A stretch of 64,000 nt of DNA from a virus: the IMG/VR virus record IMGVR_UViG_637000270_000006; one strand, written 5' to 3'. The notes under the pieces are model-generated. The model made no database searches. It was not told the DNA's origin and worked only from the letters and a program-made list of their open reading frames with translations. The translations under genes were made by a program, and so were the position numbers. Shown one piece after another: positions 1 through 9,709 of the stretch (positions are counted from its first letter, which is position 1; each line of letters opens with the position of its first letter).

Positions 1-221
1 ATGATTTTATGCGTGATGGTTTTGTTGATTTGAAAAGAATGGAGGCGAAGTGTGTCACTCACGGGGATCAATTTTCCCCAGACGGTATGCTCGTCTTGAT
101 TTGCTGCCTGTATCCCGCTGCCGCCTATCGGTTCATCCTGTCGCGTATAAAACAACACGCGCTTATTTAACTCTCTGGGATCGGGGAAACGGGAATACGG
201 TCTGCTATAATGCGGTTTCAT
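1..221 (-). CDS. Phage head-tail adaptor/head-closure protein (partial, runs off window)
   Basis: Manual translation from ATG at 221 (ATGA overlap with upstream stop): MKPHYSRPYSRFPDPRELNKRVLFYTRQDEP...; position after connector gene. Confidence 0.65.
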   Translation of the reverse strand, partial: MKPHYSRPYSRFPDPRELNKRVLFYTRQDEPIGGSGIQAANQDEHTVWGKLIPVSDTLRLHSFQINKTITHKI

Positions 222-535
222 AGTCCGCTCAGCCTGTAGTCATCAACTAAAAACTTAAAAAACGGAAAAATAGACCACTGTTCCATATCGGATATACCCC
301 CACGATGCTCATATAACCCCGTCACCAATAGCAACATCCCCTGAATAATCGCCGCATTGATAACCAGGCCGTGAGGGTCAGTTTCAGGCACGGATTCTTT
401 GTAGAGATTACGGTTAAGATGTGCGATGGTTTTTTGCTCTACGGCAGCGATATAATTCTCAAGCAGTACATCTTCACTGTTATCGCCTAATTCAATTCTG
501 CATTGTCGCTTGACCTGTTCTTTGTCAATAAACAT
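218..535 (-). CDS. Phage head-tail connector (gp6-like)
   Basis: 105 aa, VKRQCRIE..EDVLLENYIAA and IIQGMLLLVTGLYEHR motifs; directly after capsid. Confidence 0.85.
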   Translation of the reverse strand: MFIDKEQVKRQCRIELGDNSEDVLLENYIAAVEQKTIAHLNRNLYKESVPETDPHGLVINAAIIQGMLLLVTGLYEHRGGISDMEQWSIFPFFKFLVDDYRLSGL

Positions 536-552
536 GTTGGTTTATTTCCAGT

Positions 553-579
553 AAAAAATGGCCTACCCATGTAGGCCAT
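553..579 (-). terminator. Intrinsic terminator after major capsid gene
   Basis: ATGGCCTAC-4 nt loop-GTAGGCCAT followed by T6 on the minus strand. Confidence 0.7.
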
Positions 580-594
580 TGTGTTTAACGTTGA

Positions 595-1839
595 TTACTC
601 TCCGTTATTCCCACCTTTTCCCGCGCCACCTGAAACCTCTATCTTGGTTAAGTCACCTTTGATAAAGGCTTCAGGGCGGTAAACCGCGAGCGCCAGACGC
701 TCTTCGCAACGAATCGAAATCATATTCTTTTCAAAATCATCGGTATTCTCGGTACTGATCACCACGCTTGCTTCTTCACGGTCAAACAGTTGCGCACCTA
801 GATTGAAAGCCCCCACCAGGAATTTATCTTTAAACTCAGCGGCTTCTGTGACGACAACGGGTAAGCCCCACAAAGTCGGCGTAGTCAGGGCTGCCGGATT
901 GGAGAGGAGATAACGCCCCAGCGTATCCTTGATAAGTTCAATCTGTGCCCAGTTGGTAAAGTGCAACACATGGCCTGTCGCGGGGATCCGTGCCAGTTGC
1001 GCTTGTAGCATGGCAAGCCGCAGATCATCGATCGCGGTTCGATGTGCTGGTTTTAATTCTGCTTTGAATGCAGTGGCTTGAGTAAAGATCCCGTTAAGGT
1101 TTGAGCCGGTACCGTCACCGAAGAGAATTTGCTGCTCTTCAACGTATTTCAGGCCATAACGTAGCTCCATATCGATAAGGGAGGCCAGTTGCGAAAAGTC
1201 ATCCAGAATTTGCTTGGAGGCTTTAAACATATGGGCAATCGTGCGAACGGGGACTGTTGCCTCTTCAAATTCAATCGTGCTATAGGGCTTGGCGGTATTT
1301 TCCGCGACAGTCTTGGCATTATTGGTAAATCCTTTCTGCTTCACGTAATAAATCGTGTTACTTTGCGTCTTTCCACTGGCAATCAAATCACGAATAAACA
1401 ACCGTTGCTTCGGCTTGGTCAAGATGTCTGCTTGACGGTCGGGGGCGACAATCGTTCCTGTGACATCCGATGAAATAAGTGCGGCGTTAATCGGGGCTAT
1501 TACTCGTTTACTGGATTCCATGCCCGAGCCTAAAGCCTGCACTACCTCCATGCCAACCACCTGTTGACCAATAGAACTCACCACGTTCAACGCATTAGCC
1601 ACAGGCATTTGGGCAAGATGTTGTTCAACTTCGCCTACCTGGGCTTTCAGGGTTTTTTCTGCTTCGCGTAAGGTGTTCAGTTCGACCGCCATTTTATCAA
1701 CGGCCGCTTTGGTTTCAGCGGAAAGCTCACCCGATTTTTGCGCTTCCTTCAGGGCTTTCTCTGCCTGGGCGCTATATTTGCTGCTGGCTTCTTCGATAGA
1801 AGCCATTATTTTCTTAAGCATTTCATTAATATCAGACAT
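595..1839 (-). CDS. Major capsid protein, HK97 family
   Basis: 414 aa, N-terminal coiled-coil delta domain, LWGLPVVVT and IRCEERLALAVYRPEAF motifs. Confidence 0.95.
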   Translation of the reverse strand: MSDINEMLKKIMASIEEASSKYSAQAEKALKEAQKSGELSAETKAAVDKMAVELNTLREAEKTLKAQVGEVEQHLAQMPVANALNVVSSIGQQVVGMEVVQALGSGMESSKRVIAPINAALISSDVTGTIVAPDRQADILTKPKQRLFIRDLIASGKTQSNTIYYVKQKGFTNNAKTVAENTAKPYSTIEFEEATVPVRTIAHMFKASKQILDDFSQLASLIDMELRYGLKYVEEQQILFGDGTGSNLNGIFTQATAFKAELKPAHRTAIDDLRLAMLQAQLARIPATGHVLHFTNWAQIELIKDTLGRYLLSNPAALTTPTLWGLPVVVTEAAEFKDKFLVGAFNLGAQLFDREEASVVISTENTDDFEKNMISIRCEERLALAVYRPEAFIKGDLTKIEVSGGAGKGGNNGE

Positions 1840-1851
1840 ATTGTCTCCAGT

Positions 1852-2729
1852 TTAATAGGGTATCGACACCAGACGACGCAAGGCATTATCCAGTTGTGTC
1901 AAGGTCTCGGAAGAAACATCAGGGGTAGCGGACAGCGTACCGTGAGAGGGCGTGACAGCGCTCGGCATATCACCCCGTAAAGCTTTAAATAATCGTCGAC
2001 GTTCAGCGCGAGGTGTATTGGTTTTCGCCAACAGTGCATCCAGTTTTCTCAGTGCGGCGGTAGGCGAATCGTTATCCTGTTGTGTGCTATCAGCGGGCAG
2101 GAAGGCATCCGCAAACCCTTTCTCCACCGCTTCGCCGCCATTAATCCAGGTTTCATTATCCATCATCGCGGTGATCGTCTTTTCATCCATGCCGGTTCTG
2201 GCGACGTAAACATCCCGCATGGCAAAATCAAAGGGGGTCATTTTTTCGGCAATGTCGGCAAAGTCATGGCGATTACCGACGGCCATCCCTCAGGTGTTGT
2301 GGATCATCAGGAAAGCACTGCGCCCGATTTGTATCTCATCGCCTGACATGGCAATGATTGAAGCCGCAGAAGCTGCTAATCCCAATATTTTCACGGTGAC
2401 TTTGCCCGCGTATTCACGGAGTTGATTGAAGATAGTCAGCCCTTCAAACAGATCGCCACCCGGCGAATTGATATTGACGGTAATATCTTTACCTTCCAAT
2501 GAACGCAATATTGCGCCAATTCGTTTAGCGGTGATCCCTTCACCTGCCCAATCCTGCCCAATCCTGCCCAATCCTGCCCAATCGTCTCAAATATCGATAG
2601 CGTATTATCATCCTGGCTTGATGCCCTGATGCTGCTGTTCCATTTTGCCAATGCTGACGGTGAAATTTCATTGGTCATTTTCGGACAGGGAAAAACCGCC
2701 GGTAATACCGGAAGTGCACTTTTTTTCAT
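1852..2729 (-). pseudogene. ClpP-type prohead maturation protease, broken by tandem-repeat frameshift and a TGA stop
   Basis: Three fragments (2436-2729, 2290-2571, 1852-2286) with INSPGGDLFEG and LAASAASIIAM motifs; in-frame TGA at 2290-2292 where Trp is expected (IHNT*GMAVG). Confidence 0.9.
2543..2583. repeat. Perfect tandem repeat, 4 x 10 bp (CCTGCCCAAT)
   Basis: Read directly from sequence; lies inside the protease gene. Confidence 0.95.
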
Positions 2730-2744
2730 CGGGAAAAACTCCAG

Positions 2745-4073
2745 TTATTCTGTTTCTTGCGGGGTGCCAGTCGGGTGATGAGATGAGGATTTTTCAGGAA
2801 ATAACCAGGCATTTAGAGCCGCTCGCACTTTTTCGCCGTCATTCTCCTGCCCCAGTTGATCGAGGGGCGTCAGGTTCAACTGAACGGTATACAGGTCTCC
2901 GCCCTCAATCGGCGGCAGATTTTCCAGTCTCCTCACATCATTGCGACTCATCCAGCCATTTTGTAGCGCAGTAGTGTAATAGGCTGCTCTACCCGTGCTA
3001 TCGGTTCTGAGCAGTCCTTCAACAGAAAATTCTGCAAAATAATCCTCGTCATTATCCAGCAGACAGCGGGCGATTTCCTGTTCAATATTGACCAGTAAGG
3101 GCCGTAATGTATTGGTCAAGAAAATCAGGTTCATCCCTTCCACGCTAGAAGCCCAACTGCTTTGTTTCGTAATATGACCGACCATAAACGGTGGAACGCG
3201 ATACCAACGGCAGATTTCTTCGATGCTATGATCGCGGCTTTCCAACATTTGTGAGGTTTGTGGATCGAGGGTGATACCATTAAATTTCATTCCGGCTTCC
3301 AGCAGCATGACTTTGCCGGTATTTTCTGAGCCAGCAAAGTTTTCAAGATGCTTATTAAATCTTTCACGTTGTTCTTCTGACAACAACTTATCGAACGAGA
3401 TAAAACCGGATGCCGACATGCCTTTCTGGAAATATCGCGCTGCCGTCGTTTCGAGCGACATTGCCGAGCCAAACACCTCACGACCCGTTTTCAACGGCAT
3501 CATGCCGCAAATGCCGTCTAATCCGAACCCCCGTATGTGCATCATGTCATTATCTGCAATAACTCGCGGTTTTAATGAGGAATAACCCGGTTTGGTGTCG
3601 TTGGTATAGTGGTATTCCAGTCGCCCGTTATCACGTCGTTTAACGGTGATGTATTGGGGTAATAGTGGGACGAGGGAGACCAGACGCTGACCGACCTTCT
3701 TTTTTTCAACAAAGGCATTACCACGTAAACACAAGCTAGCAACAATCATTTGGATAAAACGCGAAGGTGTCATTTCCAGGTTAGGACGACGACACAAGAC
3801 AGGATAAGCAGGGTGTTGCTGTGCGAGGCTGCGTGAACCATCCGACTTACGGTGATAGAGTTTGAGCGGTAACGTGGATATTGATTCACTCAACAGACGC
3901 ACACACGCCCAGACCGCAGAAAGTTGCAGGACTTTATCCGTTGTCACCACTTGCCCACTCTTACTCTGGCTATAGTCATGAAACGATGACAGCGTATCGG
4001 TTAAATTCTGTGGCACCCCTAGCCAGTTGAGCACCGCGCTTTTAATTTTACCGGGAGATTGATGTTTTTTCAC
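2745..4073 (-). CDS. Portal protein, HK97 family
   Basis: 442 aa, SAVWACVRLLSESISTLPL, MHIRGFGLDG, EICRWYRVPP motifs. Confidence 0.95.
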   Translation of the reverse strand: MKKHQSPGKIKSAVLNWLGVPQNLTDTLSSFHDYSQSKSGQVVTTDKVLQLSAVWACVRLLSESISTLPLKLYHRKSDGSRSLAQQHPAYPVLCRRPNLEMTPSRFIQMIVASLCLRGNAFVEKKKVGQRLVSLVPLLPQYITVKRRDNGRLEYHYTNDTKPGYSSLKPRVIADNDMMHIRGFGLDGICGMMPLKTGREVFGSAMSLETTAARYFQKGMSASGFISFDKLLSEEQRERFNKHLENFAGSENTGKVMLLEAGMKFNGITLDPQTSQMLESRDHSIEEICRWYRVPPFMVGHITKQSSWASSVEGMNLIFLTNTLRPLLVNIEQEIARCLLDNDEDYFAEFSVEGLLRTDSTGRAAYYTTALQNGWMSRNDVRRLENLPPIEGGDLYTVQLNLTPLDQLGQENDGEKVRAALNAWLFPEKSSSHHPTGTPQETE

Positions 4074-5821
4074 TACAGTCCTACCATAATCGGATTTGTT
4101 AAAAAGCCATCCAGATCGCCGGTTTCTTCTTCAAGCACCTCGGCGGCTCCGATTGCCATCGCCAGTGCTACCACACCGTCAATACGGCCGTTGCTGCGGC
4201 GTTTGCTAAAAACACGATTGCCGTTTTTATCTTCTTCAATAACCGTATTCGCGGCGTTCCAACGTAGGCAGGGGTTGAAATCAATACGTAATTCGCCACC
4301 GAGAAGACGCTGCTCAAACAATTCAATGGATCGCGGCATCCAAAGTCCGGATTGTTTCGATTTGCCGAAGCCTTGTCCGTGCGGCGTTAATAGCGTATTC
4401 ACCCCTTCGTTTTCCAGTTCTGGCCGTAAATAATCAATATGATACGCATCGTAGGCAATACGATTGAGGGTATATCGTGCGGATAATTCCGCTATCCGTT
4501 GGGCAACAAAACCCAGATTAATCGCATTCCCTGGCGGGGCGTTAAGATAACCCGCTCGCAACCAGGTATCGTAAGGCACTCTGTCGACCCTGGCACGTTC
4601 CAGTAAGGTGTCTTTCGGTGTCCAGAACTCGACATAAGCCACTTTTTCTTCCGGCCAATAAAGCGCCAGCGCCGTTAAATCCTGCTTGCCGGATAAATCC
4701 AGGCCACCGTAGCAGGGTGAGTTTGCCAGCGACGCTAAATCCAGCGAGGTTTTCTCACACGCCATCCAGCTATCACTATTAATCCAGGGATTCTCGGCAT
4801 CGACCCACTGACAGAAATTGAGACGACGAACCAGGCTCTCTTTGGCTGGCATACCACGGGCTTGCGTGACTTGCTCCTGTAGATAGCGTTCGCTGAACGT
4901 ATGCCCTAATGAGGGATTCGCTTTTTTCCAACAACCGCTATCTTTAAAGGGGTCATCGCCTTCGTCCAGCGAACAGATAAATGCGAAAAAGCTATAATCT
5001 TCAATGCTGCCCTCTGCCACTTTACGGCCGTATTCGTGATAGTCGTAACACACACTGGTTTTGTTATGGCCGCTATTGGTGATCATGAAAATCAAGGCCT
5101 GTTGGCGGCCTTTTGTGCCCGCCCGCATCATTTCAACGACCTGATTACTTTTGTGTTCGTGAATTTCGTCAATCAAGGCACAGTGAGGACGCGGGCCGGA
5201 TTGCCCATCATCAGCACTGATAGGCCGGAAAAAAGCACGAGCCTGTAAAAAAGCCAGATTCCATTCCTTACCCGCCCCACCGGATTTCTGGATACGTTCG
5301 GCCAGCTTTGGCGATTGGTCTACCATCGCGACGGCGTCACGAAACAGGATCATCGCCTGGTCTTTTTTGGTGGCAGCGGCATAGACTTCGGCTCGCGCTT
5401 CATTATCAGCAACCAGGCAATATAGCCCTATCCCCGCCGCCAGTGGCGATTTTCCCGATCCTTTTCCGGCTTCAACGTAGGCCATCCGAAAACGGCGTTG
5501 TCCTTCGTTGTTTCGCCAGCCAAAAAGGGTGCCAACGATAAAACACTGCCAAGGGAGTAAATTAAATGGCTTGCCTTCATAGATACCGCCGTTCAATTTC
5601 AATACGCTGGAAAAAAAACGGATGGCACGCTGTGCGGATCCGACATCCCACAACAGACCCCGCGTATTACCCGTCGATAAATCCCGCAAGTGACGTTGAC
5701 AGGCATGACGAATATCAGGCCCGGCAATCTCCACGCCGGAAACAACTTGAGTGGCATAGTGGGTGGTCAAATCAGTGAGCGAAGAACTCGTCGAGTTCGT
5801 CCGGTTTTTTTTCTTTGTCAT
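4073..5821 (-). CDS. terL: Terminase large subunit
   Basis: 582 aa, Walker A variant AGKGSGKS, LIDEIHEH, GLDLSGKQDLTA, RIDGVVALAMA. Confidence 0.95.
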   Translation of the reverse strand: MTKKKNRTNSTSSSLTDLTTHYATQVVSGVEIAGPDIRHACQRHLRDLSTGNTRGLLWDVGSAQRAIRFFSSVLKLNGGIYEGKPFNLLPWQCFIVGTLFGWRNNEGQRRFRMAYVEAGKGSGKSPLAAGIGLYCLVADNEARAEVYAAATKKDQAMILFRDAVAMVDQSPKLAERIQKSGGAGKEWNLAFLQARAFFRPISADDGQSGPRPHCALIDEIHEHKSNQVVEMMRAGTKGRQQALIFMITNSGHNKTSVCYDYHEYGRKVAEGSIEDYSFFAFICSLDEGDDPFKDSGCWKKANPSLGHTFSERYLQEQVTQARGMPAKESLVRRLNFCQWVDAENPWINSDSWMACEKTSLDLASLANSPCYGGLDLSGKQDLTALALYWPEEKVAYVEFWTPKDTLLERARVDRVPYDTWLRAGYLNAPPGNAINLGFVAQRIAELSARYTLNRIAYDAYHIDYLRPELENEGVNTLLTPHGQGFGKSKQSGLWMPRSIELFEQRLLGGELRIDFNPCLRWNAANTVIEEDKNGNRVFSKRRSNGRIDGVVALAMAIGAAEVLEEETGDLDGFLTNPIMVGL

Positions 5822-6251
5822 GCGTCCTCACCTTGGTTCTTGCGGCGGGTGTTAAGCCAAATTCAACCAGATAGCTTTTAAAGCGTTTATCCGCATCCGA
5901 CAGCATCGAAACGGCTGGATTCGCCTTGATTAATACGCCGTTTTGAGAATGCACCTCAAACGTTTCACCGTTGCTCTCTATCAAGACGCGATACCGCAGG
6001 ATCTCAGCGTAAATATCACACAGCCTTTCCAGTGCAAAAGCATCGGCAATCGTTAATACGCCCATGCTATTTAACAGCAGCGTTAGCCGCTCCCAGGTTT
6101 CTTTTGCCGTATTGGATAAGTGTTTTGGGGGAGGGGCTGAATAGGGTGGTGGGGTAGGCTCTGCGCTATTAAGTGGTCTTCTTCCTGGATTGCCGGTCAC
6201 TAATTTTAAGGCGGTGGGTTTTGGGCGTCTTCCTGCAATAAATGTATCCAT
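5772..6251 (-). CDS. terS: Terminase small subunit, P27 family
   Basis: GRRPKPTALKLVTGNPGRRPLN N-terminus, KANPAV and EFGLTPAAR motifs. Confidence 0.92.
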   Translation of the reverse strand: MDTFIAGRRPKPTALKLVTGNPGRRPLNSAEPTPPPYSAPPPKHLSNTAKETWERLTLLLNSMGVLTIADAFALERLCDIYAEILRYRVLIESNGETFEVHSQNGVLIKANPAVSMLSDADKRFKSYLVEFGLTPAARTKVRTHDKEKKPDELDEFFAH

Positions 6252-6299
6252 TTTGTTAGTTTTTTATAAAAATATTTATATTTCAATAATATGTGATGT

Positions 6300-6392
6300 T
6301 TTGTGAAATGAGATTTCATTTCGCGACTGTGCGTACAGAGGGGGCACATAGGTCAGTAAGCCCTTTTTACGGGAACTTTTAACCCACCCTCC
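6300..6392 (-). other. Probable cos packaging site
   Basis: Non-coding gap between HNH and terS; minus strand GGGAGGGTGGGTTAAAAGTT...CCCCCTCTGTACGCACAGTCGCGAAATGAAA resembles cos regions of HK97-type phages. Confidence 0.55.
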
Positions 6393-6731
6393 CTATTTAT
6401 TTTGTTGATACCAGTGACTATTGGGATTACTCGGCATCCCGTTTTCATCACAGCCAAAGCCTTTGTTACCTTTTTCCATTCGTTGCTTGGTTGTGTTGTG
6501 ATGCTGAACGCAGAGGGGCTGCCAGTTCTTTTCATCCCAAAAACGTTTTTGTGCTGTCTTAACTTTTTCTGCTGTCTGAGCAAAGTGAAGACGGTGCGGT
6601 ACAATGTGGTCAACGACGGTAGCAGGATTAATTAAATCACTTTCCAGGCACATTACGCATAATGGATTTCTGGCAAGAAAAACTCGGCGCGCTTTATCCC
6701 AGCGAGAATCGTAGAGTGTGATTTTTTTCAT
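6393..6731 (-). CDS. Terminase-associated HNH endonuclease
   Basis: PLCVMC...VVDHIVPH...NWQPLCVQHHN motif, immediately upstream of terS. Confidence 0.9.
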   Translation of the reverse strand: MKKITLYDSRWDKARRVFLARNPLCVMCLESDLINPATVVDHIVPHRLHFAQTAEKVKTAQKRFWDEKNWQPLCVQHHNTTKQRMEKGNKGFGCDENGMPSNPNSHWYQQNK

Positions 6732-6739
6732 TTGGTATT

Positions 6740-7054
6740 TTAATTCACTGGTCTATTATTAAATAATATTCGCAATTCTTTTTGAATATTATTGATACAA
6801 TCAGAATCAATACTTGTACAAAAGGTGTGTTTCGATTCACTCTTATTGCTTGCTCTGTATTTTTCTAGAGGAAGTACTTTTAAGTGTTTTACTCTCGATG
6901 CTGGAATAATACATTCTTTCTTTTCAAGCGTAATAAATCTTAAGAAATCATATGTTATTGTTGGCGCACACATCGACAGATATTCTTCTGGCATATCCGT
7001 ATCTTTAAAAAAGACTTGAATTGCGTGAAAACCAACGCTCCTATATTTTCCCAT
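6740..7054 (-). CDS. Hypothetical protein (AT-rich)
   Basis: 104-aa ORF co-oriented and tightly spaced in the operon; no recognised motif. Confidence 0.55.
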   Translation of the reverse strand: MGKYRSVGFHAIQVFFKDTDMPEEYLSMCAPTITYDFLRFITLEKKECIIPASRVKHLKVLPLEKYRASNKSESKHTFCTSIDSDCINNIQKELRILFNNRPVN

Positions 7055-7059
7055 ATTGT

Positions 7060-7275
7060 TTATCCTCTAATGCTTTTATTCACAATTGGCGGCTCATGCA
7101 ACGACATCCAGTGACTGGCGGTACATATTTTCTGGATACCTTGACAACAATCGGCATAGTGAAATTGGCCATTACCCAGATAAACGCCAACTAGCTGACC
7201 TTTTGTATTGTTATTATAAATAAGTACGTTATCGTCAATATCTGGCAGACGAACACGACAATCAATCCAGTTCAT
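7060..7275 (-). CDS. DUF551 family phage protein
   Basis: MNWIDCRVRLP...SHWMSLHEPP signature. Confidence 0.8.
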   Translation of the reverse strand: MNWIDCRVRLPDIDDNVLIYNNNTKGQLVGVYLGNGQFHYADCCQGIQKICTASHWMSLHEPPIVNKSIRG

Positions 7276-7750
7276 TTATTCTTCGCTTCCTGTTGATGAG
7301 ACAAGACTACTTGCCGCACATAATCCTGCAAGCCGTTTATCTGCTCTTCCGCAATTTCGATTCGCCGTCTGAGGGTGAAATAATTTCGTTGAGCGGTGTA
7401 GTCAGTCTGGCGCGGGCTGCATCATCCAGGCTGGAGGAGGTGGCATTGGCGGACACATTGGAACAGGTTGCTTTGACGTGCAACCGGCGACGACCAGTAG
7501 CCACATCGCGCTCAAGCTGGGTAATAAGTTTCTTATCATGTTCAAGTGCTTTGGTGTGTTGTGTATCCAGCGCTGAGATGGTCTGCATTTGATGGCTTAA
7601 CTGCTCAAATGCAACCTGTTGTTTTTCCCTATCAAATACAGCAATCTTTCGTGCTTTTTCAGCGTCATAATACAGTGTCCGGTAATACAGGGTTACTCCT
7701 AACATTGAGGTCAGTAGCAAAGCGATAACAAGAGGAATTTTCCAATGCAT
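7272..7750 (-). pseudogene. Rz: Rz i-spanin with embedded Rz1, both broken by a 1-bp deletion near 7405
   Basis: N-terminal TM and coiled coil; alignment to intact Rz at 43799-44269 shows one missing base; Rz C-terminus INGLQDYVRQV continues in another frame to TGA at 7272. Confidence 0.8.
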
Positions 7751-8654
7751 AAGTTGTTTCCAGAAATGCCGTTATGAATGCTGATGCAACTTGCGGAACA
7801 ATCGCATTCCCGTAGGCGCGCAGTCGTCCCACTCTGGAGGTAATCCCATCAGCCAGCGGGCATGCGCCGGGTTCAACTGGCCGCCACTTTTCATCCCGGC
7901 AGAAGAGCCAGTCCGCATTTCGCCAGAAGCTGTTAGTCGGCAGGGATATTTGCAGTACACTATTTCGTGTATCTGATCTTTCAGATTGGCACAGCCGCCT
8001 TTCTTCCTCGAGTTGGCTAATGCTTTCCGACTTCTCATCGGTAAGATATCCATTGTATTGGGTGTTGCCCAGCCCGTCAGCCATACCAAACGTCCTAGCT
8101 GGGATTTGATCGCTGCATTGCATTCCCTGCCATCCTTCCAGTCCCGCGCAGTGGGCGTCGGCCACCCAGTAGAGTCTCTGTCTGATGTGCGGTGCACCGA
8201 AGCCCGCAGCGCATAAATCAAGTGCTGCTGTGGTGTAGCCCGCTGCTTCTAGGTCAGTTTGTACAAGGTCGAGCCAAGAGAGTCCGTCAGGGCTTGCAAC
8301 TTGCTCACCAAAGATAACGCCAGGTTTGCACTGCTGGATGAGGTGGAAGAACTCGGGCCATAAGTGTCGCTCGTCAGCAAATCCCTTTCCCTTGCCTGCC
8401 GCGCTGAAAGGTTGACAAGTGCAGCTTCCTGTCCAGACTGGCTTATTATCCGGCCATCCTGCATGACGCAATGCGTATGACCAGACACCCATTCCGGCGA
8501 AGAAATGACATTGGGTATATGACTTGAGGTCATCAGGTTTCACATCCTCTATTGAGCGTTCATCGACATCACCCTCGGCGATATGGCCAGCAACGATTAA
8601 ATTACGCAGCCATTGTGCCGCGTAAGGGTCAATCTCGTTGTAATAAGCAGACAA
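7665..8654 (-). CDS. Phage C5-cytosine DNA methyltransferase, alpha chain (lacks motif IX)
   Basis: Motif [18 protein letters not shown] (PC to TC), [28 protein letters not shown]. Confidence 0.88.
   Translation of the reverse strand: MSAYYNEIDPYAAQWLRNLIVAGHIAEGDVDERSIEDVKPDDLKSYTQCHFFAGMGVWSYALRHAGWPDNKPVWTGSCTCQPFSAAGKGKGFADERHLWPEFFHLIQQCKPGVIFGEQVASPDGLSWLDLVQTDLEAAGYTTAALDLCAAGFGAPHIRQRLYWVADAHCAGLEGWQGMQCSDQIPARTFGMADGLGNTQYNGYLTDEKSESISQLEEERRLCQSERSDTRNSVLQISLPTNSFWRNADWLFCRDEKWRPVEPGACPLADGITSRVGRLRAYGNAIVPQVASAFITAFLETTYALENSSCYRFATDLNVRSNPVLPDTVL
7772..8533 (-). pseudogene. Overlapping +1-frame ORF (beta chain carrying motif IX) with one internal TAG
   Basis: ORFs 8249-8533 and 7772-8221 are in frame, separated by TAG at 8249-8251; encodes WPTP repeats and [15 protein letters not shown]. 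Confidence 0.7.
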
Positions 8655-8712
8655 AATGATTCCTTACCGTGCGATATAATAAGATTTATGGGGATAAATT
8701 CAGAACGGGTAA

Positions 8713-8889
8713 TTATTTTTTTACACAAATTGCTTTTGCGTTGATGTCCTTAAAAGTCTCAAATTCCTGTTCAAACCTTTTTGCGGCAAATTGATACCTA
8801 TTTTCAGTGTCAAACTCTTGTGTATGAAGGCTAGCTACGTTACTGAATGAGTAAGGACTGGCATACATAGCCAGGATTAATATCCACAT
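8713..8889 (-). CDS. Small hypothetical protein (58 aa) with hydrophobic N-terminus
   Basis: Manual translation MWILILAMYASPYSFSNVASLHTQEFDTENRYQFAAKRFEQEFETFKDINAKAICVKK; preceded by GAGGA SD. Confidence 0.6.
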   Translation of the reverse strand: MWILILAMYASPYSFSNVASLHTQEFDTENRYQFAAKRFEQEFETFKDINAKAICVKK

Positions 8890-8899
8890 GAAGTCATCC

Positions 8900-9109
8900 T
8901 CATTTTATTTTAATTTGAGGCTGATATTTTCCAGCCCAGACTTTGGCAACATGCAGACAATCTACAAACATCTTACCTTTTGCACTGGCGGTATTGCGGC
9001 GATAATGTTCTTTCGCTATGTCTGCACTGATCCGTGCCACAGATTGGTCATATCCTTGCTTCATCAATTCAGTTATTACATGTTTTTCAATGAATTCTAG
9101 GTTGTTCAT
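8900..9109 (-). CDS. Phage hypothetical protein
   Basis: 69-aa ORF overlapping the upstream gene end. Confidence 0.6.
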   Translation of the reverse strand: MNNLEFIEKHVITELMKQGYDQSVARISADIAKEHYRRNTASAKGKMFVDCLHVAKVWAGKYQPQIKIK

Positions 9110-9701
9110 CTTGTTTTAAATTCCTGGTATCTGGAAAATCGCCAAGATCGCATAGAAGAAGTTGAGAGAGTTTTTTCACCTGTTCTTCAACTATTGTAAT
9201 TGTCTTTTTTTCTCTTCTACGCAATGCCATTAGGCTGCTACCTTTTTGACCATGCTCTGTAAAAGAATGCTTTTCAGCCAGTGCAACCCGATCTTGCATC
9301 TGCTTAATGGTGAGTTCTGTTAAACCGGACAAGTCGAGAAGGTTAATATCTTGACCACCTTCTAACTCAGTCATCCTGTCGAACACGGTGGCCTGTAATT
9401 CGTAACTGTAGCTCATAGCCATCAAACAGGCTTCACGCTTGGGGAAGCGGTAGCAAGGAAGATCACGACCGGTGCTGTCTTTGTACTGAGCAAAAAATTT
9501 TGCTGAGTGCTCGCCTAACACTTTCGGTACTTTTGTTAAAAAGCTTCTGTGTTGTAATTGTCTGTATTTCTTGCAAGGGAACGCCAATCCTTCACTTTTT
9601 GCTTTTGATGCACGGTCAGCGTTAATGTAGTCGATCATTTCAAGGCTACTCATGGTAGGTTTTTTTGATACAGGTAGTACTACAACATTTGAATATTGCA
9701 T
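9087..9701 (-). CDS. Rha-like phage regulatory/antirepressor protein
   Basis: TMSSLEMIDYIN...KVPKVLG...PCYRFPKREACLMAMSYSYELQATVFDRMTELE. Confidence 0.8.
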   Translation of the reverse strand: MQYSNVVVLPVSKKPTMSSLEMIDYINADRASKAKSEGLAFPCKKYRQLQHRSFLTKVPKVLGEHSAKFFAQYKDSTGRDLPCYRFPKREACLMAMSYSYELQATVFDRMTELEGGQDINLLDLSGLTELTIKQMQDRVALAEKHSFTEHGQKGSSLMALRRREKKTITIVEEQVKKLSQLLLCDLGDFPDTRNLKQDEQPRIH

Positions 9702-9709
9702 TGCGTTTT

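Noticed and set aside
2290-2292. TGA at a Trp position, suggesting genetic code 4
   Set aside because: TGA terminates many intact genes here (ATGA overlaps) and TGG is used for Trp throughout.
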